The translations under genes and the position numbers were made by a program. The notes under the pieces are model-generated. The model saw nothing but the letters and a program-made list of their open reading frames with translations. It was not told the DNA's origin and searched no databases. Source: Torpedo marmorata (lineage: Eukaryota). From it: DNA of 64,000 bases. Each line of letters begins with the position of its first letter. Position 1 is the stretch's first letter. The DNA lies in assembly GCA_977017645.1 (NCBI GenBank), contig OZ360232.1, positions 40,734,001-40,798,000 of the forward strand, read 5' to 3'. Below, in pieces: positions 1 to 13,689 of the stretch.

Positions 1-703
1 TACTTGTATGTATATCGGATCTCTCAGAACACCTTCCAATAAATAGCCTACAACTGATGTCAGGCTCACCAGCCTGTAATTTCCTGGTTTACTTTTGGAG
101 CCTTTTTTAAACAATGGAACAACATGAGCTTACCCTCCAATCCTCTGGCACCTCACCCATGGCTAAGGACATTTTAAACATTTCTGCTAGGGCCCCTGCA
201 ATTTCTACACTAGTCTCCCTCAAGGTCCGAGGGAATATCATGTCAGGCCCGGGGGATTTATCTACCTTTATTCGCTGTAAGGCAGCAAGCACCTCCTCCT
301 CTTTAATCTCTATATGTTCCATGCCACTACTGCTTGTTTCCCTTCCTTCCTTATAGACCATGGCAGTTTCCTGAGTAAATACTGATGCAAAAAAACTGTT
401 TAAGATCTTCCCCATCTCGTGAGGCTCTACACATAGACAGCCACTCTGATCTTCTAGGGGACCAATTTTGTCCCTTACTATCCTTTCACTCTTAATATAC
501 TTGTAGAAACCCTTCGGGTTTACCTTTATATTATCTGCCAAAGCAACCTCATGTCTTCTTTTAGCCTTCCTGATTTCTATCTTGAGGTTTTTCTTGCATT
601 TTTTATACTCCTCAAGTACCTCATTTGCTCCATGTTGTCTATACCTGTTATACACCTCTTTCTTCTTCCGAACCAGATCCCCAATATGCCTCAAAAACCA
701 AGG
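1..703 (-). mobile_element. CR1-clade LINE ORF2 fragment (EN-RT linker and start of RT)
   Basis: ORF 107-694 contains INPKGFYKY-like, KSPGPDMIFPRTL and VPEDWR motifs. It is closely similar to the CR1 at 48500-49190. Confidence 0.9.
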
Positions 704-1090
704 TCAAAGGTGTCACAGTGAAAATTCATAAAAAGAGCACTTGTAACCAAAAAAAATCCATGTCAATATAAAGTTAGACAAATGAATATGTCCTTTGACA
801 TTTCAATAAAAATGATAATCGGTTTGTAAACCATAGCCGTTAATAGATTTTTTGAATGTGAATGACATTGGCAAGGTGTTTATTTATTATATTCATTTTT
901 TAAGATCTGGACATTGTAACATTCATTGCCATCATTAATTGCCCTTGAGAAGATGGTGGTGAGCCGTCTGCAACTCAGTATTTCAGAGAACGTTTCAAGT
1001 TCAAGTTTCAGTTTATTGTCACATTACATGGAGTTGCACCAGGACTTGGCCTGGCTGGCGGTGAGATCCTTTCTGTCCAACCAGAACATT

Positions 1091-1325
1091 GGGGCGGCAC
1101 GGTTAGAAAAGCGGTTAGCGCAATGCTATTACAGTGCCAGCGACCTGGGTTCGAATCCGGCGTTGTCTGTAAGGAGTTTGTATTTTCTCCGTGTCCTCAT
1201 GGGTTTCCTCTGGGTGCTCCGGTTTCCTCCCACACTTCAAAATGTACTGGAGTTGTAAGTTAATTGAGGTATTTGAGGGCTGGAAGGGCCTGTTACCGTG
1301 CTGCATGTCTAAATTAAAATAAATT
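1091..1325 (+). mobile_element. tRNA-derived SINE (HE1/V-SINE-like)
   Basis: A-box-like head, B box GGTTCGAATCC, central GGGTTTCCTC..GGTGCTCCGGTTTCCTCCCAC, and CR1-like tail GGCCTGTTACCGTGCTG-ATGTCTAAA. About 13 copies occur in the window. Confidence 0.85.
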
Positions 1326-1334
1326 AATCATCAC

Positions 1335-1952
1335 TTCCGACGCACATTGTCCTCGAGATGACTGCGGAGGAGAAGGGACAGTCGTCCATCTTTTTGCAGA
1401 ATGTAGATTCACTAAGAGTCTGTGGAGAAGGATACAAGGTTCCTTGTCACAGTTCATCCCCAGCAGCAGCGTGACAGAGGACTCTCTGATTTACGGTCTG
1501 TTCCTGGGGACGCACGCAGTGTCTGACATCCAGAATTGCTGGAAGACCATCAACTAGGTGAAAGGCGCCTTTTGGTCTGCCCGAAACATGTTGGTCTTTC
1601 ACCACACGGAGATGTTGGTGTGAGAATGTTTCTGAATGGCACATTCCAGGCTGCAGGAGTACGTGCTGAGGGGCGCACTGAGGCAACGCGAGCGCACCGT
1701 GGGGAAGGACCACAGTCCAGAGTCCTCCCATTACCGGGTATTGAGGGGCTGAGACCGAGGGGAAATCCCTCAAACAATAGAAGGGGGAGTAACGACAAGG
1801 TGCCACAGTAGTGGCAATAGTGTAATTAGAGAACATATGTAACGTGCATTGATGGAAATGTATGGAAATGACACGAAGGATGTGAAAAGACTGAACGGCT
1901 TTCTTTTTTGTAAATAATTTATTGTGAATAAAGTCTATTTTTGGGAAGAAAA
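1335..1952 (+). mobile_element. Tx1-type (L1 clade) retrotransposon 3' fragment, degenerate
   Basis: Translates as CPRDDCGGEGTVVHLFAEC...CWKTIN*VKGAFWSARNMLVF (C-terminal CCHC zinc knuckle) with stops. It is followed by AATAAA and an A-rich end. Confidence 0.75.
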
Positions 1953-2119
1953 CCTCGTAGGCTGAGAAGAGTTATTTTCGCAGGCAGTCTGGCAAGTCAA
2001 ATCTAGCAGGCAGATAAAAGTATAAAGTAGAAGAGCACTTTACTGTGAACAGTGTTAAGGTGAAAAGATTAATTGGAAGATTGGGCAGCATGGGAACACT
2101 GTTGTGAGGTTCATTCAGG

Positions 2120-2763
2120 AGCCTGGTCAAGAATTTCAAATTCCTGGGTGTCAACATCTCCGAGGATCTGTCCTGGAGCCTCCATGTCGATGCAATCATG
2201 AAGAAGCCTCGCCAGTGGCTATACTCTGTGAGGAGTTTGAGGAGATTCAGTATGTCACCGAAGACTCTCGAAAACCTCTACAGGTGTACCATGGACAGCA
2301 TTCTGGCTGGTTGCATCACTGTATGGTATGGAGGTGCCAATGCTCAGGACAAGAAAAAACTCCAGAGTGTTGTTAACTCGACCTGCAACATCACGGGCAC
2401 CAGTCTCCATTCCATTGAGGACATCCACAAGAGGCGGTATCTTAAGAAAGCAGCCTCTATCCTCAAGGACCTCCACCACCCAGGCCATGCCCTCTTCACT
2501 CTGCTACCATTGGGAAAAAGGTAGATGATCCTGAAGACGAGCGCTCAGCGGCACAAAGACAGCTTCTGCCATCAGATTCCTGAATGAACAATGAACCACA
2601 GACACTGCCTTACTTTGACTTTTTCTTTTTCTTGCACAATTTTCATTTATTTTGAAAGGTGGCTAATGTAAATGTTTGCACTGTGATGCTGCCACAAAAC
2701 AATGAATTTCGTGACATGATCATGACAATAAAATCTGATTCTGATTCTGAATCTGATTCTGAT
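2120..2763 (+). mobile_element. Rex1/Babar-like LINE 3' fragment
   Basis: FKFLGVNI...YRCTMDSILAGCITVWYG...HPGHALFTLLP.GKR C-terminus, ending in GACAATAAA plus (ATTCTG)n. Confidence 0.8.
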
Positions 2764-3082
2764 GGCTGCAGGGATGAATTGTCCTTGAACCTATTGGTGC
2801 ACGACTAAACACTCTTGACACTTCATCCTGACAGGAGGAAGGAGAAGAGTGTGAGGCTGGAATGAGATGAGCCTTTCGGTATGTTAGCTACCTTTCCAGG
2901 CATTGGGAGGTGTAGATGGAGGGGAAGGAGGTTTGTGTGATGTTCTGAACTGCATTCACCACCTTTTGCAGCTTCCTCCATCTTGGGTGGAGCAGCTCCT
3001 GTGACTGCTACTTTCAAACATACAGGCAGTGTATTTCAGGTCAAAATTACCCTAAACAAAAGATGTCTCATCTCATCATCTC

Positions 3083-3595
3083 AGGGCACCAGAAATGGGG
3101 AGAAACACCCTCCATTGAGAAGGAGAAGCATGGAAAATGACCCTACAGGACGGTGACCACAGCAGCGGACCAAGGTGGGGCTCAGCAGCTGAAGGACCCA
3201 CACAGATTGCGGGCGACTTGCGGTCGGGGGACCCGCACGGGCTGCAGTCTGCTGGAGACTAGCTCATGGGAAACAGGTATCAGAAACGGGATTCGAGAGG
3301 GTGCTGAGGGCAGGAAGGGCTCCTGGAGGGCTTTGGGCGCTGAAGGCTTCCTGATCATATTGGAGGCTTGGACCTGGAGCCCAGATTGCTGATAGATCAA
3401 ATAGTAGTCTGTGCGGCTGCAAAGGCTATGGGACCGCTGGACACTCAGTGACTCTGAAGGGACTCTCTTTTTCTTCTCTTTCTCTTACTATAAGGGGCAA
3501 TACTAATAGTGACTCTTTGCCTCACGGTCAATTTAAGAACATTTTGTGTATGTTACATTCTCTTTTATTACATGACAATAAAAAGTCTTGAATCT
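3083..3595 (+). mobile_element. GC-rich non-autonomous retroelement, 5'-truncated copy
   Basis: Homologous to 51786-52639 and seven other copies. It ends in CATGACAATAAA..TCTTGAATC. Confidence 0.7.
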
Positions 3596-4089
3596 CCTTC
3601 CAATTTTGAACTCAATTTTTTTTCTCCTGTACATAAACCTGAACAGGTAAAGAAAAGAAGTTCCCTGAAGACATTTGTAAATGTCCAGTTTGGATGTTAT
3701 AAGCTTTTGTTCCAGATTAATTTTTAATTAAGTTCTGCAGCTGCAATTTGTTTGTTGCAGACCTAAATCTCTGTATCCTTAGAACCAGACTCCTGAATGT
3801 TAGATCAGTAACTCAGCCACAATGCCATGGCACCCCCATGGGTGTTCTCTGTGTGTGAGTCAGCACTGAGAGAAAAATAATAGTCAGCAATTGCAGACGA
3901 ACTGCACACCTTTGAGAGAATTCCCCATCATTTGTCATTCTGTAAAGCCCTGGGGAAAAGGATAAGCAATGTTCTACAGTGCACATGAAGATGAGTAATG
4001 ATACAAATTAGACAGACTCAATATCGCCTCTCGTACTTACAGTCTTAATAATTCCTTGTGCCTTCTGTGTAATCTGTAGTGCTGGCGGT

Positions 4090-4940
4090 AAACAAGAAAA
4101 GCTGCAGATGCTGGGGTCTGGTGCAGCACACAAAATTGCTGGAGAAACTCAGCAGGTCACGCCGCATCCAGAGGAAGTAAAAGGCAGTTGACGTTTCGGG
4201 CCTGAGCCCTTCGTCATGAGTGTCGGAAATCAGGCAGATGCTGAAATAAGGTTGATTTCAGAGATGAGGGGGTTAGAGATTAAGAAGTCATCTGGGACTG
4301 TACTCACTGAAATTTAGAAGATTAAGAGGGGATCTTATAGAAATGTATAAAATTAGGAAAGGCATAGATAAGAGAGAGGTAGGTAAGATGTTTCCATTGG
4401 AGAGGGAGACTAGAACTAGGGGACATAGTCTCAAGATTGAGGGTAGTAGATTTAGGACGGAGATGAGGAGGAATTGCTTTTCCCAGAGGGTAGTGAATCT
4501 ATGGAATTCGCTGCCCATTGAAGCAGAGGAGGTGACCTCAGTGAATATATTTAAGACAAGTTTGGATAGATTTTTACAAACTTGGAGAATTAAGGGATAT
4601 GGGGAAAAGGCAGATAGGTGGAGGTGAGCCTATCATCAGATCAGCCATGATCTCATTGAATGGCGGAGCAGACTCGACGGGCTGGATGGCCAACTCCTGC
4701 TCCTATTTCTTATGTTCTTAATAAAAAAGTGGGAGGAAGGGGAAGGACGAGGAACACAGGCTAACGTGCAAGAGGTAGTAGGTGGATACATCTGGGAGGG
4801 TAGAAGAGGAAGAAGCCGACAAGTGATAGGGGGAAGAGGGCAGAGGGCTGAGAAGGGTAGCTTTCTGATGGAGAAGGAAGGGAAGGGTGGGGGAGAGAGG
4901 GAGAAAAAGGGGTGAGGGAAAGAGTCAACGGGGCAATACC
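4090..4940 (-). mobile_element. Penelope-like terminal-repeat (pLTR) fragment interrupted by a plus-strand CR1 3' end (~4250-4718)
   Basis: GCTGGAGAAACTCAGCAGG and GACGTTTCGGGCCTGAGCCCTTC motifs are shared with the Penelope termini at 36300/39600. The insert encodes RGDLIEMYKI...TRGHSLKI...FSQRVVNLWNSLP. Confidence 0.7.
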
Positions 4941-4944
4941 TCCA

Positions 4945-5845
4945 TAGAACATACATAGATCTGTACAGCACAGGAACAGGCCAATCAGCCCATGTGTCTG
5001 CGCCAAACATGAACCGAAACTCTGCTGCCTGCATATGATACATATCCCTTTATTTCCTGCACATTCATGTGTCTATCTGGAAACCTCTTAAATGCTATTA
5101 TCATATCTGTTTCCACCACGACTCCTGGCAGCCTGTTCCAGACACCCACCACTCTCTGAGTAAAATATTTGCCCGCACATCTCCTTATAACTCTCCCTCT
5201 CCCCACCTCTCCTTCAACGTAGTCGTATAGTATGTGATATTTTTACCCTGGGGATAAGATTCTGACTCTTTACCCTATCAAAGCCACTCATAATTTTAAA
5301 AACTTCTATCAGGTCTCTCCTCAGCCTCCGACGTTCCAGAGAGAACAACCCAAGTTTGTCCAAACTCTCCTTATAGCTAATACCCTCTTATTCAGGCAAC
5401 ATGTTGGTAAATCTGGGTACATAAGGAAATCTGCAGATGCTGGGGTCCAGTGCAGTACACAGAAGTGCTGGAAAAAATTCAACAGGTCACATAGCATCCA
5501 TAGGAAGTAAACGGCAGTTGACGTTTTGGACCTGAGCCCTTGGTTGGGTATGTCGAAAACCTATCCTGGTAAATCTCTTCTATCCCCTTTCCGAAGCCTC
5601 CACATACTTGCTGTAACTGGGCAACCAGGATTGCAAGTGCGCAAATTCCTAGTATTCACTGTGTGATTGACTCAGTTACAAGGAGGAATGAGAATGTTTG
5701 CTCTGTTCACTTGACCATAGACCACTACAGCACAGAAACAGGCCCTTCAGCCCATCTAGTCTATGCCGAACTATTGTTCCGCTTTGTCCCATTGACCTGT
5801 ACCTGGACCATATCCCTCCATACCCCTTCATCCATGTACCCATCC
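4945..5845 (-). mobile_element. CR1 3' fragments with a short pLTR fragment at ~5418-5560
   Basis: FTQRVVGVWNRLP motif and CR1-type 3' tails. The last fragment continues at 8821-9020 after the L1. Confidence 0.7.
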
Positions 5846-8820
5846 TTATGAACTGGGTGAAAGAGCACATAAAGTATTGGCATGGCAATTAAAAAAAGAA
5901 CAAACTTCTAGAACTATAAATGCTGTAAAAAAGAATTCAAAGAAAATAACGTTTAAACCTCGGGAAATAAATGATTCTTTTAGGGAATTTTATTTAAATT
6001 TATATAAATCTCAAACTGATAAAGATGATTTTAAAGTGAATGCCTTTTTATCTAAGATTAAATTGCCTAGATTGAATACTCGAAGTAAGGAATTTTTAGA
6101 TTCAATATTTACGATGAGAGAAGTTAATGAGGTTCTTAGTTCTTTAGCAAATGGGAAATCTCCAGGTGAGGATGGTTTCCCACCGGAATTTTATAAGGAA
6201 TTTAAAGATCTATTGATACCCCCATATATGGAGGTATTAAAACAAATAACGGAAACTCATTCTTTACCGGAAACATTTTCTAATGCAATAATAACAGTTA
6301 TACCAAAAAAAGATAGAGATCCGTTGAAAACAGAATCATATAGACCAATTTCATTGTTAAATGTGGACTATAAGATAATGGCGAAAATATTAGCAAATAG
6401 ACTTGCTAAATATTTACCAGATTTAATTCATGAAGATCAAGCAGGTTTTATTAAGAATAGATATTCAAAAGATAATATAGCTAGGTTAATTAGTTTAATT
6501 AATGTGGCACAAAAGAAAGAGGAATTATCATTAGTATTAACACTAGATGCTGAAAAGGCTTTTGACAGATTAGAGTGGAATTATTTATTTAAAGTATTGG
6601 AAAAATTTGGTTTTGGAATTACATTTATTAATTGGATTAGAACTATATATAAGGAACCCTCTGCTAGGGTGGTTACAAATGGACAAATTTCTTTAAAGTT
6701 TTTGTTGACTAGGTCGACACGACAAGGATGTCCGTTATCACCCGCATTATTTGTTTTAGCAATTGAACCTTTGGCGGAATGAATTAGACAAGATATTAAG
6801 ATTGCGGGTATTAAAGTTGGAAATGAAGAACATAAGATTAATCTATTTGCAGATGATGTATTGATATATATGACAAAACCTATTACTTCTTTAATACATT
6901 TGGATGTTATATTGAGGGAATATGGGGAGATTTCTGGTTATAAAATCAATTCTGATAAAAGTGAAATTATGGCATTAACACAAGGCGATTATAGTAAATG
7001 TAAAGAAATTACACAATTTAAATGGTCAAACGAAGGAATTAAATATTTAGGTATAAAGATAGATACTAAATTAACCAATTTGTATAAATTAAATTATTTA
7101 CCATTATTTGCGAAAATTAAAAAAGATTTGGAAAGTTGGAAGGATTTACCTATAACTTTATTAGGAAGGGTAAATTGTATTAAAATGAATATCTTTCCAA
7201 GGATTCAATATCTTTTTCAATCAATTCCATATGAAATTCCTCAAAAATTTTTTAAAGATTTAAATTTTATTATTAGGAAGTTTTTGTGGAAAGGTAAATT
7301 GGCTAGAGTAGCTATGGAAAAATTAACTTGGAATTATGAATTGGGTGGATTACAATTGCCTAATTTCCAAAATTACTATAAAGCAGCCCAATTATGGTTT
7401 ATTAATGAATTGTTGGATTTAACAAAAGATTCGGTGTGGATCCGAATAGAATTAAATAATATAGGAGAGGATTTGAAGGAAGAAGTTATTTATAAATGGA
7501 ATTCTAAATTAATATTGATAAGTGGTAAAAATTCTCCTATTTTTAAACATTTATTAGAAATATGGAATAGATTGGATAAAGAGATAGGAGCGAAAGGTTT
7601 AATTTCGCCAAATATGCCTTTATATCAAAATAGACTTATTCCATTTGCTTTTAATAATCAGTTATTTAAAATTTGGTTTCAAAAGGGAATTAAGAATGTA
7701 AATGACTGTTTTGAAGCTGGTAAATTTATTACTTTTCAAAGAATGAAAGATAAATTTAATATATTAAATAATACATATTTTGCCTATTTTCAAATTAAAG
7801 CTTTTTTAGTTGAAAAACTGGGTCATAATTTGGTTTTACCTCGACAAAGTGAATTTGAATTATTAGTTACAAATGGAGGTGTAAATAAATTTATTTCTCA
7901 AATGTATAAATTATTACAGAGGAAAATGCCTAAGGTAGCAATTCATAAATCAAGATTAAAATGGGAATCAGATTTGAATGTAATTATAGAAGAAAAACAT
8001 TGGAAAGAATTATGTAAGTTAAGTATGACTAAAATTATTAATGTCAGATATAGATTAGTGCAATATAATTTTTTTCATCAATTATATTTAACACCTAAAA
8101 AATTAAAGAAGTTTAATCCAGCGTTATCAGATATGTGTTTTAGATGTAATGGGGAAGAAGGTTCTTTTGTACATTCTACTTGGTTTTGTCCAAAGATTCA
8201 GGATTTTTGGTTTAAGGTTAAGGAATTTTTAGATAAAGTATTAAGAAATATACTCCCAATGGACCCGATGATATTTTTATTTGGAGATATTAAAAGAATT
8301 AGTATTATGATGAATTTAAATATGTATCAAATTGAGTTTTTGAGAATTGCTTTAGCTGTTGCTAAGAAATGTATTGCTATCACTTGGAAATCTGATGTAG
8401 ATTTAGGTTTAGAAAGGTGGCATGCAGAACTTCGTTCTTGTATACCACTTGAAAAAATTACTTATAATTTACGTAATAAATATCATTTCTTTTCGAAAAT
8501 ATGGAGCCCATATATAAAAGCGGTTGACTTAAAAATAAAAATTTGAAGATCTCTGAACATTGGATCAGGCTGGTGAACCTAATTTCCACAAAAATTTTTA
8601 GTTTATAGTTATTCTTATTGTAGATTGACATTCTCCTTAGTTTATCTTTTTCTTTTCTTTACTTTATTTTATTTTATAGATTAGTTTGGGTGGGGGGGTT
8701 AGGGTGGGGAGGGTGGTTGGGAGGGAGAAAATATATCACATGTATTTTGATAATTTTGCGATTTATACAATGTATTTTGTGATTTAAAATTTTAAATAAA
8801 ATATTCAAAAAAAAAAAAAA
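5846..8820 (+). mobile_element. 5'-truncated L1 LINE (ORF2 RT plus CCHC domain, 3' UTR, poly-A) with 15-16 bp TSD
   Basis: ORFs 5877-6782 and 6861-8546 are in frame and separated by one TGA. Motifs are KSPGEDG, YRPISLLN, LDAEKAFD, RQGCPLSP, LFADD and CFRC..H..W.C. Poly-A lies at 8807-8820. The TSD TCCATGTACCCATCC is at 5831-5845 and 8821-8835. Confidence 0.95.
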
Positions 8821-9555
8821 TCCATGTACCCATCCAAATTTTTCCTACATGTCAAAATAGAGCCCGCATTCACCACTTCAGCTGGCAGCTCATTCCACAC
8901 TCTCACCACTCTCTGCATGAAGAAGTTCCCCTTAATGTTCCCTTTAAACTTTTCCCCTTTCACCCTTAACCCATGTCCTCTAGTTCTTGTCTCACCTGAC
9001 CTTGATGGACTGAATAGCATTCTTCCATTTTATGAGAGGGAAAAACTGAGAGTGCGGTATTGTCTTCTATGTGTTCAGGCTGCTCTGAACCAGCTCAGAA
9101 GTCACAACATGGAGTGAGTTTATTTTCCCAATTAAGGATGTCGTTTTTGGAGCAGTTCGAAGGATACAGTCCAAGAAACAGTGAGGCAAATATTTCTCAA
9201 GGGAAAAGCTCTTGTTGTGACTAGATAAAGGCTGTAATTATTCATTGGAACATTCAGACACATATTAATGAAGGAAAATGCAAACACATCAGCATGAGAA
9301 GGAACCAATTCTGGTCTAGAATTTGACACTGAATGTATCATAATGTGATTTCTGCCTGAAAAATATATTGTACCATTTATCCATAAGGGGGGGAAAAAAA
9401 CAATCATTTGTCACCCACACAGTCATAGGGAGAATGTGCAAACTCCACACAGATAGCAGCAGAGGTCAGCATCGAACTCAAGTCACTGGTGCTGTGATCT
9501 ATTTGTCGGAGTTGCATGTCCTTAGCTCTGGGGGACGTACAGTCAACTGATCCAT

Positions 9556-9800
9556 TTCAACACGTAGCAGTTAGCGCAACGCCTTTACAGCGCCAGCGAT
9601 TGGGACCGGGGTTCGAATCCCGCGGTGTCTGTAAGGAATTTGTATGTTCTTCCCGTGTCTGTGTGGGTTTTCCCGGGGGCTCCGGTTTCCTCCCACCATT
9701 TGAAACGTACCGGGGGTGTAGGTTAATTGGGTGTAAATTGGGCGGCACGGACTCATGGGCCGAAATTGCCTGTTACCGTGCTGTATGTCTAAATTTAAAA
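9556..9800 (+). mobile_element. tRNA-derived SINE copy
   Basis: B box GGTTCGAATCC, with the same body and tail as 1091-1325. Confidence 0.85.
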
Positions 9801-10287
9801 AAAATTAATTTAAAAAAACACGGGCTTTCGCCTTCATTGTGAAATTAAGCCACAGTGGATTTTTTTTTTGGTTGATCTTTCTTTGTGTCACAGGTTTTAC
9901 CACACAGAAGTGGGCCCTTCAGCTCACTATGCCATGCTGACCTGTTTGCCCAGCTACGCTTATTCTATCTGCCCGCGTTTGGATCATATCCTTCCATGCC
10001 TTGCCTCTCTAATTCCACCCCCTCCTCCGACAGTGTGTTCCAGATATCAAACTCTCTCTGTCTCAAAATCATACCCCTCAGGTCCCCTTTAAATCTCTTT
10101 CCTCTCACTTTAAAGTTATCCCTCTTGTTTTTGACACTCCTTAATTAATTTACAGTATTTTCAGATATTTTTAATTACATTTAATTTTTAGACATACATA
10201 CTGTATATATATAAAATCACTTTCCAAACTTATTTCATTATTTTTATATTGTTTAGGAATTGATTTACATTGTTTTGGACAGCATAT

Positions 10288-10516
10288 GTAATAGCGGTTA
10301 GCACGACACTATTAAACCGCCAGTGACCCGAGTTCGAAACCGGCGCTGTCTGTAAGGAGTTTGTACATTCTCCTCGTGACCTGCATGGGTTTCCTCCAGG
10401 TACTCCGGTTTCCCACCCTCCAAAATCGTACATGGTTTGCAGGTTAATTAGTGTATTTGAGCGTAACGAGCTAGTGGGCCAGAAGGACCTGTTGCCATGC
10501 TGTACCTCTAAATTAA
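10288..10516 (+). mobile_element. tRNA-derived SINE copy
   Basis: AGCGGTTAGC head, GTTCGAAACC B box, and family tail. Confidence 0.8.
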
Positions 10517-10567
10517 ATGAAGAAAAATAAGCATTTAGAAACAGTGATATGTGTGTTTGACAGCATG

Positions 10568-11010
10568 ATTTCAAGATTTCAAGATTCCTTTATTGTCCTG
10601 TAATGAAACAGGTGTAAAAATAACATGAAATTGGCTTTAGTCTGCTGTAAGGCAAACGGATTCGCCATCAGCAGAAATTGCCCGGCGCCCCTTACAGTCA
10701 GAGAAAGAGATGCAAAAGAGAGTCCCCCCATAGTCAATGAGTGTCCGTGGATTCACCTCAAGCACTCCCACAGCCTCTGCAGCCTCACAAGCTTCAGTCC
10801 AAACCATCGGCAACCCGACCTCCAGATCCAAGCCTCCGACACGACCAGCGCCCTCGGCATCTTCTCGCATCCTGGTTCTGATACATGGTACTCCCTTCAG
10901 CCAGTCTTGAGCCAGTCTCTAGCAGTCCGCTGCACGGTATGAGTCCTCTGATCACGGTCGCCAGCAGCATGCTGCCTGCGTAGGTTCTTCACCTCAAGTC
11001 ACAAACAGCC
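10568..11010 (-). mobile_element. GC-rich non-autonomous retroelement copy
   Basis: Reverse-complement match to 52200-52639, including the TTCAAGATT tail. Confidence 0.7.
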
Positions 11011-12091
11011 CCATGCTCAGCAAGGTACGTTGATGGAAAGGTGTTGCGGCAGGGGCCTCGATTCCGCTGGATTTCCCAGGAGCCACCACATCTCTAGGTG
11101 GGCTAAACAAGGCATTCATAAGCCCAGCCTGAGCTGGCCAAAAAATAAATATCGTGGAGCCAAACGAATTGCTTCAGGTCTGGTTTGTCTGACCTTGAAT
11201 TGCATGAAAGCCACAAAAGTATTTGAATTCCCCTTATATTAGATTTTGCACAGATAGATTAGATTTGCTGGTATAATAACAACATTATCATTTGCCACTC
11301 CCTTGAGGTTAAGCTTCAATTATTCATTTTCCCTTCCTCTACCATCTTGAACGAACATTTATTGTTTTCTATCTTTCATCAGTAAACGGGCTTAAGCTTC
11401 AAAATCCTCAAAAAAGATTCAATTACAACAGGGAAATAGTACAAGGTTTTGATTTCAATGGAGTGAGAATGAAGGTTAAGGTTCTTTGTAATTTTTTTTA
11501 AAGAGATAATTTCTTTTTCTGGTCAATATTATATTGAGTATGATATTATGCAAATGATTTTCTGGAGACAATTAGTAGTTGGTCAGTGATTCCTGCCATG
11601 GAAGTTTGGTTGCATAATGCTCCCTGTTTTGAAACCATGATGGGTAAACTGGTTGTGAAACTGTCAAAACTTGCACCTCACTAGCAACCCCACCTGATCA
11701 CTCAAGACATTCTGCCCCATTAGAGAGCCACAGGATGATTGGAAGCCACCATAAAAAACAGAGGTCAGAGGAAGAAACTGAATGACAATGTGGTAAGTTG
11801 GATCAGCAAGTTTGCAGATGACACAAAGATTGGAGGTGTTGTGGACAGTGAAGGAAGACTTTCAAGGCTTGCAGCGGGATCTGGATCAGCTGGCAAAATG
11901 GGCTGAAAAATGGCAGATGGAATTTAATACGGAGAAGTGCGAGGTGTTGCACTTTGGAAGGACAAACCAAGGTAGGACATACACAGTATAAGGTGGGGCA
12001 CTGAGTAGTGCAGGAGAACAAAGGGATCTGGGAATACCAATACATAATTCCCTGAAAGTGGCATCACAGGTAGATAGAGTCCTAAAGAGAG

Positions 12092-13689
12092 TGTTATCCA
12101 GAGGATTATCCAACAGATCGGACAGGAAAATGTTCTGAACAAAGGAATTTCCATGTGCATGTTCCTGGAGGGTCATCTGACCAGCCAGGTCGAAAATCAT
12201 TTCCCCATGTCAATCAAGGTTAGCCCGCCCACAGGTGAGGGTACACATTACAATTGACTCGCTTAAACACCTTGCCTCATTTTGGCATACCTGAGCTGGC
12301 CCCTCCAGCCAGCTGCAGTATAAGGCCCACCACGTGGATCAGTTCTCTCTTTTTCCCCTGGGAATGAACCCCAGCTCCACTCCAGGTTGCGAGCCTTGGG
12401 CGACGCTGGAGAGTCAATTGTAAGGTGTGTGCCGGTACAGGGCGGGGTGGGGGGCTATTGTGGTGCATACCTAGAAAGGACTGTTGTGCCTTATTCGTTG
12501 TTATCAGTGTAATTACAACCTGTGCTTAATCAGGGTGCCATGCCTGCTAGTTAGCGAGGGGTGGTGGGTACTGTTTATTTCGTCCTCGCTTTTAGCTGTG
12601 GGAACCGCGATTAGTAGCGATCCGTCGGGAGTAACAAGTATCTGTTGTTACGGACCATGACTGACCATTTGGACTGCGGACGGTCAGCAGGAAGGATGAA
12701 GTATTTTGGAGTATACACTGGGGCCAGGTACTGAAAGAGTTAACTTGCCCAGGACTTGATGTACCCAGAGAGAGAGAGAGAGCAGAGAGAGACAGACTGT
12801 GGAAAAGATACATTGTTGCACTTTTGCAAAAGCAGGTGCAGACCTCTGCAAAAAAGCAGACAGTTGGGAGTTGCAAAGGCTAGAGAACACAGCCAAATCC
12901 AGGCTTGTGCATCCCAGAGAAAAGACTGGCAGGATAGCGCATGGCCTCCTGTCTCAGAGAAATTCTGAGGTAAAGCAACTTCTGTGGAGAACAGGCGTGA
13001 GATCAGCGAGACTAGCTGTGAGATCCAAGCACACGCCTTAATCAGTGGTATACTGATCTGAACTCGCAATCCTTATGAAAACACAAGAAGGGAACTTCAT
13101 CAGAGAAGAAAAACAAGTATTTGTAAGCATAAACAGTCATTGTCTCTCTCCAACGTTCATTTAGAAGTACTTCTACCAGATACAGAGCGGAATTTGAAAC
13201 CTGAACTTAGAGAGTGAATTTTGTGGACTGTATTATTCTTTTTTTTTGACTGACTTGTTTTTTATGACTGACCTGGGGTTTTTGGGGAATGTTTTTCCAT
13301 TTTTACATGGGTTGGGCACAGATTGTAATGGTCTGGGCTTTACACACACACACACACACACACACCTTTTAGATAAGAATAGTGTTTATAGACGTTTATA
13401 GTGGGGTTAATTGTTGTGAAATTATATGTTTAATTGTCTTTAATAAATAGTAATTTCAATTTTACCACTTTTGCATTGCGTCTTCTGTCATTGCTGGTTT
13501 GATTTTGTAACACTGTTGTTTAGCTGCGTCCGATGCGCATGACGTGTGTGTAGTTTTTCTGACTGTGTGTATGAGTGTGATTCCTATTGTGACTTTCCCT
13601 AATGTGTAAATAAAAATCCTTGTTTGTAATTGAACTGTGTTCAGACTCCTCACTTCTTGGACCCTCCAATCGTGTTCTCCTCATCATAA
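12092..13689 (+). mobile_element. Solo LTR (outer; ~730 bp excluding the nested LTR)
   Basis: Starts TGTTAT and ends ..CATAA (terminal CA not intact), with AGAG duplicated at the flanks. It has TATAA (~12319) and AATAAA (~13609) and cleanly interrupts the CR1. Confidence 0.65.
12646..13512 (+). mobile_element. Solo LTR (inner, 867 bp), probably Gypsy-type
   Basis: Inverted termini TGTTAC...GTAACA and a 4-bp TSD CTGT (12642-12645 / 13513-13516). It contains (GA)n and (CA)n tracts and AATAAA at ~13442. Confidence 0.85.

Noticed and set aside
1091-1165. tRNA genes at SINE heads
   Set aside because: Only A/B-box similarity is present, and each runs into the SINE body and tail without a complete cloverleaf.
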